Origin: a virus
Length of the DNA: 64,000 nt
IMG/VR virus record: IMGVR_UViG_3300016476_001169
Span: 1 to 64,000 of that record
Direction: 5' to 3' (one strand)
Shown here: positions 19,587 through 29,800 of the stretch, piece after piece
How positions within the stretch are numbered: the stretch's first letter is position 1
Layout of the letters: each line of letters begins with the position of its first letter
The notes under the pieces: generated by a model
The model's input: only the letters and a program-made list of their open reading frames with translations
Told to the model about the DNA's origin: nothing
Databases searched by the model: none
Position numbers and translations under genes: made by a program

Positions 19587-20000
19587 TTATCTCGCGTGAA
19601 TCTCAGGAATTGCAAAAATCCTCATACAGATACCCTTTGCAGGTTTGCCTCCGATTTCAGCTGTGTATGTCCATTGTGTATTTACCAATCTTATACTGCG
19701 AGAGTATCTTTCGATTTCACTAGCAGCCATCTGGAAGGCTATAGAAGCTGTAAAAAGCGACTTTGCACCAACACAGTGAACATTGACCCAACCTTCCTGA
19801 TTTTTTCTTAGAACATGCAAAATGCTTCTAGATAAACCAACTGGATCTGTAGCTTTTTTAGAGGGATCGTCTGAATGAGCATCTCCTCCCTTAACCCTTA
19901 GGGTGAATGAATTATTTGAATCATTAGATGTAATGTTATTTGTTGACATTTTGAGATTCTCAATCCAATTTTCATTTTTGTCAAATTCATCAGGGGCCAT
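19587..20000 (-). CDS. spoVS: SpoVS-family protein (Alba-like fold)
   Basis: LRV...DPVGLSRSILHVLR...VNVHCVGAKSLFTASIAF..A...EIGG aligns by eye with SpoVS (LKV..SPNSVAGALAGVLR..EIQAIGAGALNQAVKA..IA..QIDG). Confidence 0.75.
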   Translation of the reverse strand: MAPDEFDKNENWIENLKMSTNNITSNDSNNSFTLRVKGGDAHSDDPSKKATDPVGLSRSILHVLRKNQEGWVNVHCVGAKSLFTASIAFQMAASEIERYSRSIRLVNTQWTYTAEIGGKPAKGICMRIFAIPEIHAR

Positions 20001-20004
20001 TTTA

Positions 20005-20991
20005 TTATCCTTCTATCCCACAAATAACCAATTTATGCTTCAAATCATCTACATTGTCTTCAAACTCTTCAACAGAGCAATTATACACTTCAGGCTGATA
20101 AATGATCTTTTTAGATTTAGAAATCAAAATCATTTCCAGGATTTGTCTTTGCACATCTGAAAGATTTGTTGACCATAATCTGGAGATTGGATCATCATGA
20201 ACTACAGTGTCATAAACATTAATTTCCGACTCACCACTATCATCTGAAATGTAATTAGATGAAGGCTTGACATTCATTGTGTCATGGTCTGGAAATAAAT
20301 CGTTAAATTTTTCAAACAAAAGGGGCGAGTGCTTAGAAAGTAAATGCTTCTTAAGGGCCTCATTTTGTGTTAAGAATAAACCATTAGGATCATCAGCAAA
20401 CTTTTCATTTACTGTTTGTGGAGTTTTATGCGACTTACACATAGGACAATCTTTGAGCTTGTCAATGTCGTGGCCCATGAGTGCTAATTGCTCCCACAGT
20501 AAATGTCCGTGATGATTCAGGAGGTGAGTAGATAGTGTTTGAGTGTGCTTGTTGCAGATTGGGCAAACAACTGCAATGTTTCTAATTCCTGCAGCTTGAA
20601 ACTTTACAATGTTAGTGTAATAGTTGTTCAAGTTGGACCAGAAATAGTTTTTAAACTCGCCAGTGCCGTTGTACTTTGACTCAGGACGCTTATCGCGTGG
20701 CTGCCACTTTCTTAGTGCCTTGCAAAATACATAAAGGTAGTCTTGGACAAAATCCTCACGGGTATCATAAAAGTGCTTGTATTTCTTAAACCATACTTTT
20801 ACGAAGTCTAATGGCGGATAGATTGAGCAAATCTCATCATAAAATCTATCTGCTTCTTTTGCTCTATTGTTTTCGAGAGCGGCTTGGTATCCAACAATAG
20901 CTTTTTCAAGCTTGATTTGGATGTTTTTGTTTATTAACTGTTGTTCTTCTTTTGATCGTTTAGTGATTTTCTCACTTAAGTCTTCAACCAT
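20005..20991 (-). CDS. sigma-factor-like protein with two inserted C2H2 zinc fingers
   Basis: Region-2-like REDFVQDYLYVFCKALRKWQP..GEFKNYFW..LNN; zinc fingers CPIC-x9-H-x4-H and CPMC...H-x4-H; region-4-like LSDVQRQILEM. Confidence 0.6.
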   Translation of the reverse strand: MVEDLSEKITKRSKEEQQLINKNIQIKLEKAIVGYQAALENNRAKEADRFYDEICSIYPPLDFVKVWFKKYKHFYDTREDFVQDYLYVFCKALRKWQPRDKRPESKYNGTGEFKNYFWSNLNNYYTNIVKFQAAGIRNIAVVCPICNKHTQTLSTHLLNHHGHLLWEQLALMGHDIDKLKDCPMCKSHKTPQTVNEKFADDPNGLFLTQNEALKKHLLSKHSPLLFEKFNDLFPDHDTMNVKPSSNYISDDSGESEINVYDTVVHDDPISRLWSTNLSDVQRQILEMILISKSKKIIYQPEVYNCSVEEFEDNVDDLKHKLVICGIEG

Positions 20992-21075
20992 TTTATGGCT
21001 CCAATAATTATTTAGATAATTGAGTTATCCAATTAATTATAATTGAATTAGAACAATTTAGCAACTTATTAATGA

Positions 21076-21103
21076 AAAAGGGAAGAAATAAATCTTCCCT
21101 TTT
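21076..21103. terminator. terminator
   Basis: AAAAGGGAAGA/TCTTCCCTTTT after recJ. Confidence 0.75.
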
Positions 21104-21104
21104 C

Positions 21105-22859
21105 TTATCTTGATATGTTTTCTAAACTTGATGGTTTAAAATCTTCAACTGTAAAAGTTAATTCAGTTCTTCCTCTAAACTCTTCAAAAGATAATTTACC
21201 AATCAAATCAATTTTGTCTCCAACCTTTGGAGCCAAATGTCCCTTTCTCCAAGCTATTGCTGAAACAAAATTATTAGAATGCTTTTTATCACTCTTTAAT
21301 CTCATCTTTAGATGCTTGCCATCTGCACCCACTGTGCTACAGCTTTCAACGACAGCATTTCTTACTAAGAACATTGGTTCAGGATTGCCAGAGCCAAATG
21401 GGGCCATTTTAATCATGTGCTTAAACACTTGCTCATCAAGCTGAGAAACTAAAAGGCCAGCATCTATGTCATAGACCTTTTTATCCTCAATTTCGCCATC
21501 TAAAACCTTTTTGGCATAAGCATTCAATTCGGTTCTTAGGGCATCAAGATTCTTTTCTGGAACCTCAAATCCAGCAGCAAAAGCGTGACCTCCACAAACA
21601 ACAGAACCGTCAGATCTTCTTGAAAATAGGGGCCAGACTTTCTCAGATTTTAAAGCATCTAGGATGTTAAAATCTCTAACGGAACGGCAGGAGCCTTTGG
21701 CTTTTCCTTCTTCATTAATAGTACATGCCAGAGTTGGTCGTGCGAATTGTTCTGCAAGCTTTCCCGCCACAAGACCAATGAGTCCTGGATGCCAACCTCG
21801 AGCGCCAACCACAATGACATAACTATCGCTTACATCGCCTACTAGAGCTATGGCCTCTTCTACAGTTTGCTTTTCTTTCTTTTGACGAGTGTCATTCGCT
21901 TTGTTTAGGACATCTGCAAAATAAGCTGCTCTAGAGGGCACTCTTTCTAAAAGTAAGTCTAGGGCTATTGCACTGTCTCCCATGCGCCCAATGGCGTTAA
22001 TTCGGGGCCCCAAAAAGAATCCAATACTAGTTGTGTTCACAGTTTTAACACCAGCAACTTTTAAAAGTTCTGCAACGCCTGGCTTTTCAGCCTTAGTCAA
22101 TTGTTGACAACCGAGATGTACAAGAATTCTGTTTTCGTCTACCATTGGTGCAACGTCTGCAACTGTGCCTAAAGCAACATAATCCAGCAGTTCATCCATA
22201 AGCTTTTGACGATCAAACTGCATTCTGTCCCCAAGCGCAAGCATGGTTTTAAAAGCAATGCCAACACCAGCAAGGCCATTGAATGGATACTTAGAATCAT
22301 GTCTATTTGGGTTTACAACACCAACAGCTTCTGGGATTCTATCATCATCTGAAGGGTGGTGGTGGTCAGTAATGATCAGGTCGACACCATTTGCCTTTGC
22401 GTAAGAAGCTGCTTCAAAAGCAACAATGCCACAGTCAACAGTCATTAGGATTTTTGCGCCAGCAGCGATAGCCTTGTCAACTGTTGCGACTCTTACATCA
22501 TAACCGTCCTGGATTCTATGTGGTACATGATATTCAAAATGGGCCCCAAATAATCTTAAACTGTGAGTAATAACAGATGTAGAAGTTACACCGTCAACAT
22601 CGTAGTCTCCATGCACATAGATATATTCCTGTTCTTTGATTGCTTTTTCAAGCCTATCTACAACAGGTTCTATGTCTGGCAACAACCAAGGGTCGTGCAG
22701 TTTTTCTGGACTTAGGTCAAAAAATTCCTCAGCCTTTTCAACAGTATCAATCCCACGCTGAATCATGACAGAAGCTATAGGTAAGGGTATCATTAACTCT
22801 GCAGCCAGTTCCTGTGCTTCAGACAGTGGTGTCTTTTTTAATTTCCAAACAGTTTCCAA
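21105..22859 (-). CDS. recJ: single-stranded DNA exonuclease RecJ
   Basis: GDYDVDG, TVDCG, ITDHH, GTVADV, PRINAIGR, GGHAFAAG, PFGSGNPEP. Confidence 0.96.
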   Translation of the reverse strand: METVWKLKKTPLSEAQELAAELMIPLPIASVMIQRGIDTVEKAEEFFDLSPEKLHDPWLLPDIEPVVDRLEKAIKEQEYIYVHGDYDVDGVTSTSVITHSLRLFGAHFEYHVPHRIQDGYDVRVATVDKAIAAGAKILMTVDCGIVAFEAASYAKANGVDLIITDHHHPSDDDRIPEAVGVVNPNRHDSKYPFNGLAGVGIAFKTMLALGDRMQFDRQKLMDELLDYVALGTVADVAPMVDENRILVHLGCQQLTKAEKPGVAELLKVAGVKTVNTTSIGFFLGPRINAIGRMGDSAIALDLLLERVPSRAAYFADVLNKANDTRQKKEKQTVEEAIALVGDVSDSYVIVVGARGWHPGLIGLVAGKLAEQFARPTLACTINEEGKAKGSCRSVRDFNILDALKSEKVWPLFSRRSDGSVVCGGHAFAAGFEVPEKNLDALRTELNAYAKKVLDGEIEDKKVYDIDAGLLVSQLDEQVFKHMIKMAPFGSGNPEPMFLVRNAVVESCSTVGADGKHLKMRLKSDKKHSNNFVSAIAWRKGHLAPKVGDKIDLIGKLSFEEFRGRTELTFTVEDFKPSSLENISR

Positions 22860-22878
22860 TTTTTTAACCTCTCTATGG

Positions 22879-23658
22879 CTATAACTTTAAATTAATTTCT
22901 TCTAAATCATTATCAAACAAACGATTCACAGCTTTATTTAAAATCTTAAAGCCATACTTTAATAAAAACGTATCAGGGTCATGGCCCTCTGGCAATGAAA
23001 TAATCTTCAATTTCATGCCCACTTCTTCTAATGTTGGCAGCATGTGCTCAAGCGCTTTTCTTCCCGCTTCATCGCCGTCTAGGAGCGCTATGGCAGTATT
23101 GCAATATCTGGATAGTTTAGTTGCATGCCAATCTGTTAATCTAGTTCCACACAAAGCTACATTGTTCTCAAATCCAAAAGAATTTAATGTAAGACTGTCA
23201 AAATAACCTTCTACCAAGAATACATAATCAGTTTCACGCATAGAATGCTTTGCTATGTCTAAATTAAACAAATGAAATTTCTTAGGGAAGCTTTCATTAA
23301 TCCACTTCCCGCGTTTCCATTGATCTATTCTTGACTGGGCTTCGGCAGGATTGCTTGGGTACATTTGCCAAAAAGCTAATTCTACAGCCTCAATCAATGG
23401 GTCATACTTCCTACCTGCAAAGGCAACTATGTTTCCATAGGCATCTTTAATTGGTACTGTTATTCTACCTTTCATAAGAGGAGAAAGTATGATTTTGTTA
23501 TTTTGGTAATGACTAAAATAAGGCGGGCAAAAACCAAGCTTTGCTTTAATTGCTGCTTCCTTGTTGATGCCTCTGCTTTCGAGATAAGACATGCCACCAT
23601 CAAAGCTTAATAGATTCTTAGTCAACTGTTGAGAAGTGAGTTCTTTATTGTCAGTCAT
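22879..23658 (-). CDS. dnaG: DNA primase catalytic core (Toprim) without zinc-binding domain
   Basis: YLESRGI, GRITVPI, AFAGR, LVEGYFD, LDGDEAG, DPD. Confidence 0.9.
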   Translation of the reverse strand: MTDNKELTSQQLTKNLLSFDGGMSYLESRGINKEAAIKAKLGFCPPYFSHYQNNKIILSPLMKGRITVPIKDAYGNIVAFAGRKYDPLIEAVELAFWQMYPSNPAEAQSRIDQWKRGKWINESFPKKFHLFNLDIAKHSMRETDYVFLVEGYFDSLTLNSFGFENNVALCGTRLTDWHATKLSRYCNTAIALLDGDEAGRKALEHMLPTLEEVGMKLKIISLPEGHDPDTFLLKYGFKILNKAVNRLFDNDLEEINLKL

Positions 23659-23683
23659 AATAATTATTATTGCATCAGTGACA

Positions 23684-23717
23684 AAATAAGAGGCCGATTT
23701 TCATCGGCCTCTTATTT
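23684..23717. terminator. terminator
   Basis: AAATAAGAGGCCGAT/ATCGGCCTCTTATTT. Confidence 0.8.
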
Positions 23718-23720
23718 ACA

Positions 23721-25025
23721 TTATTCTTCGTCAAATGGAATTTCTGGTTCTGGGCCACCATAAAATTCATCATCCATGATACTGGAATCAATGTTTAGCA
23801 ATGTTTCATCAATCTCTTCAGAAGATGTTGACTTGCCTTCTTTCAAAGCTTCAGTAACAGCCTTGATTTGAATGTCGGAAAGTTTAATTCTTCCACAAAC
23901 ATATTCAAAACCTGTTTTGCTTAAATCGCCTCTGGTAAGAACAGATGGTGCAGCTGCTTCTATAAGCATGTTAACAAACTCATATTCATCTTTGCTTTGC
24001 GCCAAAAGCTCACCAGTATTTACATCGATATACTTATAAACCTTGCGAATACAAGAAATGTATCCCTTGTCCTTAATTGCAGGATGGTTCAATGTTCTAT
24101 GCAAGAAGTCCTTAATTGGATTACCTTCAAACTTACCAAAGTAAATTGGGAATTCAGTTGTTGTATCTGGAGCAGACTGACGAGTCTTCTTGAGCAAACA
24201 CTTGCTACGTCCACCAATACGCTCACCATTATCACCAATAATTTCAGCAGTTGCGCCCTTCATCTTTGTAAACCAAAGACGCATACTTGAGAAGTATCCA
24301 ATAGCTTCTCCACCAGTAGACTTCAAAACGAATTCTTGTTGCATGCCACGCTTCTCTGTGCTATAGCGTAACTGGTTAATAAGAATTACAATTGTCCCTG
24401 TGCGGCCACAGATTTCAGTGAGCTTAGATACAAATCTAGAACAGAACTTTGCGTGAGCTCCAAGCTTATCTGCGTCTGAAAGATCCTTTTCATGATTTGC
24501 CATAGGGATCATAGCTGTGATAGAGTCAACAATAATGAGGCCGTATTCGCCAGAATCTGCTGCTGCCCAAATCCACTTACCCCAATTCTCAGCTGCACCA
24601 AGATTCTCATAGGTTTCAAAGGTGTCTGCATCACGGGTGTCTACGCCAATGGCTTGAGCTCTTTCATCAGAGTAAGAATACTCGACGTTCATAACTGCTA
24701 CACGGAGGCCCATTTTTTGAGCTTGTGCAGCCATCTTTAAAGCTGTGTAAGATTTACCAGATGAGTTTTCACCTGCAAATTCAGCAACTGTACCCTCTTT
24801 AATACCACCATAGGGGCCCATAAGAGAATCAATTTCTACAATTCCAGAAGGAATGTAAATCTTATCGCTATCATCTAAGTCGGAGCCAATATTAACGCCT
24901 TCTGGGTTAAGCTTAAAAGCAGATAAGCGAGCTTGAATCTGCTTGCGTCGGGCTTCTGCTCTATCTTCAGGTGTAAGCACCTGTGGAGCAACTTCCTTCT
25001 TGGTTTCTTTTTTCTTTGCTGTCAT
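23721..25025 (-). CDS. recA: RecA/UvsX-like recombinase (divergent)
   Basis: IPSG..EID, Walker A GENSSGKS, IIVDSI, LINQLR, TGGEAIGYFSSMRL. Confidence 0.9.
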   Translation of the reverse strand: MTAKKKETKKEVAPQVLTPEDRAEARRKQIQARLSAFKLNPEGVNIGSDLDDSDKIYIPSGIVEIDSLMGPYGGIKEGTVAEFAGENSSGKSYTALKMAAQAQKMGLRVAVMNVEYSYSDERAQAIGVDTRDADTFETYENLGAAENWGKWIWAAADSGEYGLIIVDSITAMIPMANHEKDLSDADKLGAHAKFCSRFVSKLTEICGRTGTIVILINQLRYSTEKRGMQQEFVLKSTGGEAIGYFSSMRLWFTKMKGATAEIIGDNGERIGGRSKCLLKKTRQSAPDTTTEFPIYFGKFEGNPIKDFLHRTLNHPAIKDKGYISCIRKVYKYIDVNTGELLAQSKDEYEFVNMLIEAAAPSVLTRGDLSKTGFEYVCGRIKLSDIQIKAVTEALKEGKSTSSEEIDETLLNIDSSIMDDEFYGGPEPEIPFDEE

Positions 25026-25040
25026 TTTACTTCCTTATAA

Positions 25041-25072
25041 AAATCTAGTCCCCTTTTCAGGGGACTAGATTT
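25041..25072. terminator. terminator
   Basis: AAATCTAGTCCCCT/AGGGGACTAGATTT. Confidence 0.8.
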
Positions 25073-25078
25073 CATCAT

Positions 25079-26050
25079 TTACATCATCAGATCGAGATCA
25101 TCTTCGACTACGAGATTAACTGAGAAATCATCTTCCTCTTCAACCTTGGCTGGCTTAGCCGGAGCCTTAGTAGTCTTACGAGGTGCTGGAGCTTCCTCTT
25201 CATCATCGCTTACACTAAGATCTTCAATCTTGGTGTTCTCCTGGCCAGTCTTAACAGGAGTTGGCTTATAAATCTTTTGGAACTGATAGCCATAGTTGAA
25301 CCAATCTGGATAGTTCTTGAGATCTGGATCATCAAGGAACATCTGCTTAAGTTCTTCTGGAGTTGGCTTGCCAATAGCTGCCAAAAGTTCGATGTCAGAT
25401 TCAGAAACAACGTCAGCCTTGTTTACAATAGAAATTGTATAGTCTGGATTGTTTGGCTGCTTAGGATTGTATTCAGCCTTAATGATTACATTGTGAGCGC
25501 GCTCACCACCAAGGAAGGTACATGCTGCATCTGGATCATCAGCATCCATGCCTGAGTTCTCATTTGCGAGTTCGTTCTCTTCTTCCTTCTTAAGAATACC
25601 ATCGATAAACAGCATCTTGCCCTTTTGAAGAATAGCTACTTCACTCTTGAACTGAACCTTGCCATTCTCATCCTTGTAAGGAGTACGCAAAAGTACATTC
25701 TGTGCAAACTTCTGGGTTACACGATAGCCCTGCTCGCACCAAGGGCAAGCTCCATGATTTGGATGATCTTCTGTGCAGATACGAGTAAACTTCTTCTTCT
25801 CGTACATGTCGTCATCATGAAAACCAGTCTCAACCCACTCATTCTTCTTGGTAGAAGGATTGAGCTTCTGTACATAGCCGGAATGCTCACGGTATGCAAA
25901 AGGGAAACCGATAAGACGAACAGTGACCATCTTGGTCGGGTTGTTCTTGTCAACCTTAAGATCTACCCAATTAAAACCAACACCATTGCCTGAGGAAAAG
26001 TTCTGGTTCTTGACCCCTTGCAACTTTTCTCGAGTATAACGAGCGCCCAT
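25079..26050 (-). CDS. gp32-like single-stranded DNA-binding protein
   Basis: VRLIG, H...C...CPWC Zn site and acidic C-terminal tail; adjacent to recA. Confidence 0.7.
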   Translation of the reverse strand: MGARYTREKLQGVKNQNFSSGNGVGFNWVDLKVDKNNPTKMVTVRLIGFPFAYREHSGYVQKLNPSTKKNEWVETGFHDDDMYEKKKFTRICTEDHPNHGACPWCEQGYRVTQKFAQNVLLRTPYKDENGKVQFKSEVAILQKGKMLFIDGILKKEEENELANENSGMDADDPDAACTFLGGERAHNVIIKAEYNPKQPNNPDYTISIVNKADVVSESDIELLAAIGKPTPEELKQMFLDDPDLKNYPDWFNYGYQFQKIYKPTPVKTGQENTKIEDLSVSDDEEEAPAPRKTTKAPAKPAKVEEEDDFSVNLVVEDDLDLMM

Positions 26051-26168
26051 ATTAAAAATCTCCTTGAGTCTTCAAAAATTACCAATCTTGGCTACATGAC
26101 TCTTGTGATTAACTTTCACACTTTAATTATGTGATAATTCCAAACAAAAAAGCACAGAGGCAGAAAAA

Positions 26169-26876
26169 TTAATTTCCGCCTCTGTTTCTAACTCTTAGAC
26201 CTGACACTTTAGTTTTGTCAGCAAATCCAATGTCCTCTTCTTCTATTTCCTCGCCAGATGTTAGTTCAGATTGATAACTCAAAGAGATACCTTCATCTTC
26301 GTAACCATGATTGACTCGAACAAGATTATCAATGTGCTTTAGATTAGCAGATAGATTCATAAACATAGAATCTAGAGCTCTTGAAGTTTCTGTTAAATAA
26401 GACAAGAGGCCTTCGGCATACAATGATTCTAGTTCAAAAGGCCGAACCCTATAACCCGCATGAGCATTACGCTCAGATGCTGTACCTGTATACAAAGCGT
26501 GGGCGGTCTCTTTTAAAGACTTTTGAGCAGTTGATGCAACCTTATAGTATCTACTGCACATACCAACCAACTCTGCAAGTCTATGTCTATAAGAATTTAA
26601 TCTTGCATAAACCTTAACTATTTCAGTTCGATCAAAGCATTCTTTTGTTGGTGTTGCAAAATTCCAACTTGCAAGCTCTTGATAAATTTCAGATTCATCT
26701 GGCTTTTCGCACATTGTAAGCTGTTGCTCAAACATAAGCACATCTAAATCAAAATTGTCATTGTTAAGGCTTGATTTGCGCTTTTTAATTTGCTCAGAGA
26801 TGCTTTCTTTTTGAGCCTTAGCTTGTTGCTCCTCATAAGCAAGCATCTCTTCGATTGTGATTTCTTCAAATTCCAT
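26169..26876 (-). CDS. hypothetical helical protein (possibly a UvsY-like mediator)
   Basis: Coiled-coil, located between dnaE and ssb/recA; function inferred from context only. Confidence 0.55.
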   Translation of the reverse strand: MEFEEITIEEMLAYEEQQAKAQKESISEQIKKRKSSLNNDNFDLDVLMFEQQLTMCEKPDESEIYQELASWNFATPTKECFDRTEIVKVYARLNSYRHRLAELVGMCSRYYKVASTAQKSLKETAHALYTGTASERNAHAGYRVRPFELESLYAEGLLSYLTETSRALDSMFMNLSANLKHIDNLVRVNHGYEDEGISLSYQSELTSGEEIEEEDIGFADKTKVSGLRVRNRGGN

Positions 26877-26888
26877 GTAAATTTAACC

Positions 26889-29800
26889 TTATAACAAATC
26901 GTCAGGGAACAAGTCCATAGCTTTCATTCTGAACTTCTTTACATCTCTAGTCTTCTTAGGAATGTTGCTACCAAAAGAAGACAGGCCACTAGTATCATCC
27001 AAATCATTTTTCATCATCTGTTCAAGTGGTGAAATCACAGTATATTTCTGCTTTGCTGCTTTCTTTGCATCTTTTTCCAGCTGATTTCTTTTCTCAACAA
27101 TTTCATCCCAGAGTTCCATTATCTGGTCTAAAGACTTGCTTCTGACTTCAGGAAAACAATCTAATGCATGTGCGCTCGCCAAGGACTCAACCATTCCACG
27201 GTTAGGTCGAGAGCGGGTTGCCAAATCCAAAAGATCTTCATAGGGTTGATTCTCCATAATGGCTCGAGAACTATCACCAACACCCTTTACGGAATTCAAG
27301 GGAAGAAGAATGTCACCACGCTTATTAACAGTGACTGATAAACCACTCTCATTAACGTTGGGCGTTACTACTCGAATGCCTTCTGAAGCACATTCGCGGC
27401 GATAGACTGCCATCTTATCTTCATCATCACGGTCACACTGCATACAGGCAGCAAGCCACTCAGATGGATAATAGACACGCAGATAAGCTGTTGAGTATGC
27501 AAGCAAAGAATAAGCACAAGCATGGCTTCTGTTAAAGGCGTAACCAGCAAAGCCTTGCAAACGCTCGAGAACTTCGTCAATGGCCTTCTCAGGAATGTTG
27601 TTCTTCAAGGCCCCTTTCTTAAATTTATTACAAATATCCAAGAACTCAGCAGGCATCTTCTTAGACACAGCCTTACGCAATTTATCAATCTCGTTATGAT
27701 TGAAGCCAGCCATCTTACGGCCCAATTCCATAGCCTGTTCCTGATAAACTGGAATACCGTAAGTCACGCCCAACACTTCCTTGATAAGAGGATGTGAATA
27801 GCGGACAGCAGAAGGATTTCTTTTACCTTCAGCATAGTTAGGTATAAATTGAAGGGGGCCTGGGCGGAACAGTGCGTTGATAGCAATAAGGTCTTCAATA
27901 CAGTCAGCCTTAACTTCCTTCAAGGACTTCTTCATACCAGCAGATGCAAACTGGAATACACTGTCAGTTTTACCTTCGGTAAACAATCTCAAGACCTTTG
28001 GGTCTTCATTGCCTTCCAATAGTTTACTAAAGTCAGGAATCTTATCTGCACCATGGCGCTTTTCAATCATGTCAAAGCACAAGGCAATCATTGTTAATGT
28101 TGCCAGTCCCAGAACATCATACTTTGTCAGTCCTACATGAACAACATTCCCCATGTCATACCCAGAAGCCAAAACGCCCTTGGAATTCTCGAGAGGAGCA
28201 TGTTCTGCAATAGGCTCTGAAGCAAGCAGCACACCAGCAGCGTGAACTCCAAAGTTCTGAATTACACCAATCATTTTCTTAGCAATTGAAATTTCTTCAG
28301 GCCACTTTGCAGCATAAGCAGCAAATTCTGGTGATTCTTCAAGGGCTTCATCAATGGTTATGCCTGGGCGAGAAGGAATTGATTTAGAAATATCCTGGGC
28401 CCTATAGTGTGTCTGATCACCATGCTTAGCTTGGAACGCAGGACTAACTTTTAAGGAGCCCATGACAGCAGCCTTGGCTTGGTAAGTACCCCATGTTCCA
28501 ATCTGAGAACACTTGTCGTTTCCAAATCTATTACGCATCCAATCAATAACGCGCTCACGCTTTTGCTTATCTACATCAGTATCAACGTCGGGAAGTTCAG
28601 CGATTTTAGCAACAACCAAATCTCCTTCTGGTTTAGAATCTGTAATACCAAGGGCCCAAGCTGACCAAAGTTGACATTCATTATCCTTTGTCTTGACACC
28701 CTTGCTTGCTACATCAAGAATGTAGTTAGATAAACCCTGATTTTCCAGAACCCAAAGTTCTTTATGGATCTTTGGAGCATGCTCGGGATTCTCTTCTGCA
28801 ATCTTCTCCATCTTCTTTCGAAGATCATTAGCTGCAACATGAAAGTCTGTAGAAGAACCAGATTGTTTCCAAGCATCAACTGGGAAGTCAGAAATATCAA
28901 CCTTGTACTGCTCACCACGGCCAGGGTTCAAGAAGCGTTCAAACATCAGATTCCAGCGAAGTGGATCTACAGAACAAACCTGTAGACAGTAGTTTACAAG
29001 AGAACCGACTCCAGAACCACGAATGCCATAGAGGATTTGTTCTGTCTTCATGAAGTTAGCCATTTCTCGCTCAATCAAGAAGTAATCAACAACACCCATG
29101 TAACAGATAGTATCGATTTCATAACGTAATCGTTCGACATAATTCTTCTTAGAAGCATGCCCCAATCTTGTCAATCCGTCAAAAGCCAGATAGGCAAGGT
29201 AAGCCTCATTTGGCTTGTGGTATGGATAATACTTTGACCTAAAGCGGTTGAATCGCTCATCTGTTTCTGGAATGACAACCTTGGGCAAAAGATGGGGTAC
29301 ACCAAGCTTCAAGAAGTCTTCGACAGATTCACTCAACTCCACAGTGTTTGTAAGAGCTTCAGGAATTTTGGATCCGAAGATCTTTTTCATTTCTTCATAA
29401 GTTTTAAGGTGGAAGTTCTTTGTAGAGTAAGCCTGGAATTTGCCACTAACAGCGTTGTCCTTGTCTTGGTCTCTCATGCTAATGTGTAGCTTGTGCACTT
29501 TCCAATCTTCTTGCTCAAGATAGTGGACATCATTAGCACAAACCATTGGAAGGTCTAGCTTTTTCGCGATGTCATACAAACCGGGGATTAAAACAGATTT
29601 CTGTTCTTCAATGCCATGATAATGCATTTCAATGTAATAACGATTTGGATATTGTTCCTTAAACCATTCTGCAACTTGCAAGGCTTTATCTTTTTGACCC
29701 TTGAGAAGAAGCTGAGACACTTCACTTCCCATACAACCAGACATAGCAATAACACCCTCTGAGTGTCTACTAAGTACATCGTGGTCGATTGTAGGCTCAT

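Noticed and set aside
28596-28914. Intein in DnaE (and likewise in TerL at 7500-7885)
   Set aside because: Neither insert has an N-terminal Cys/Ser block or a C-terminal HN followed by C/S/T.
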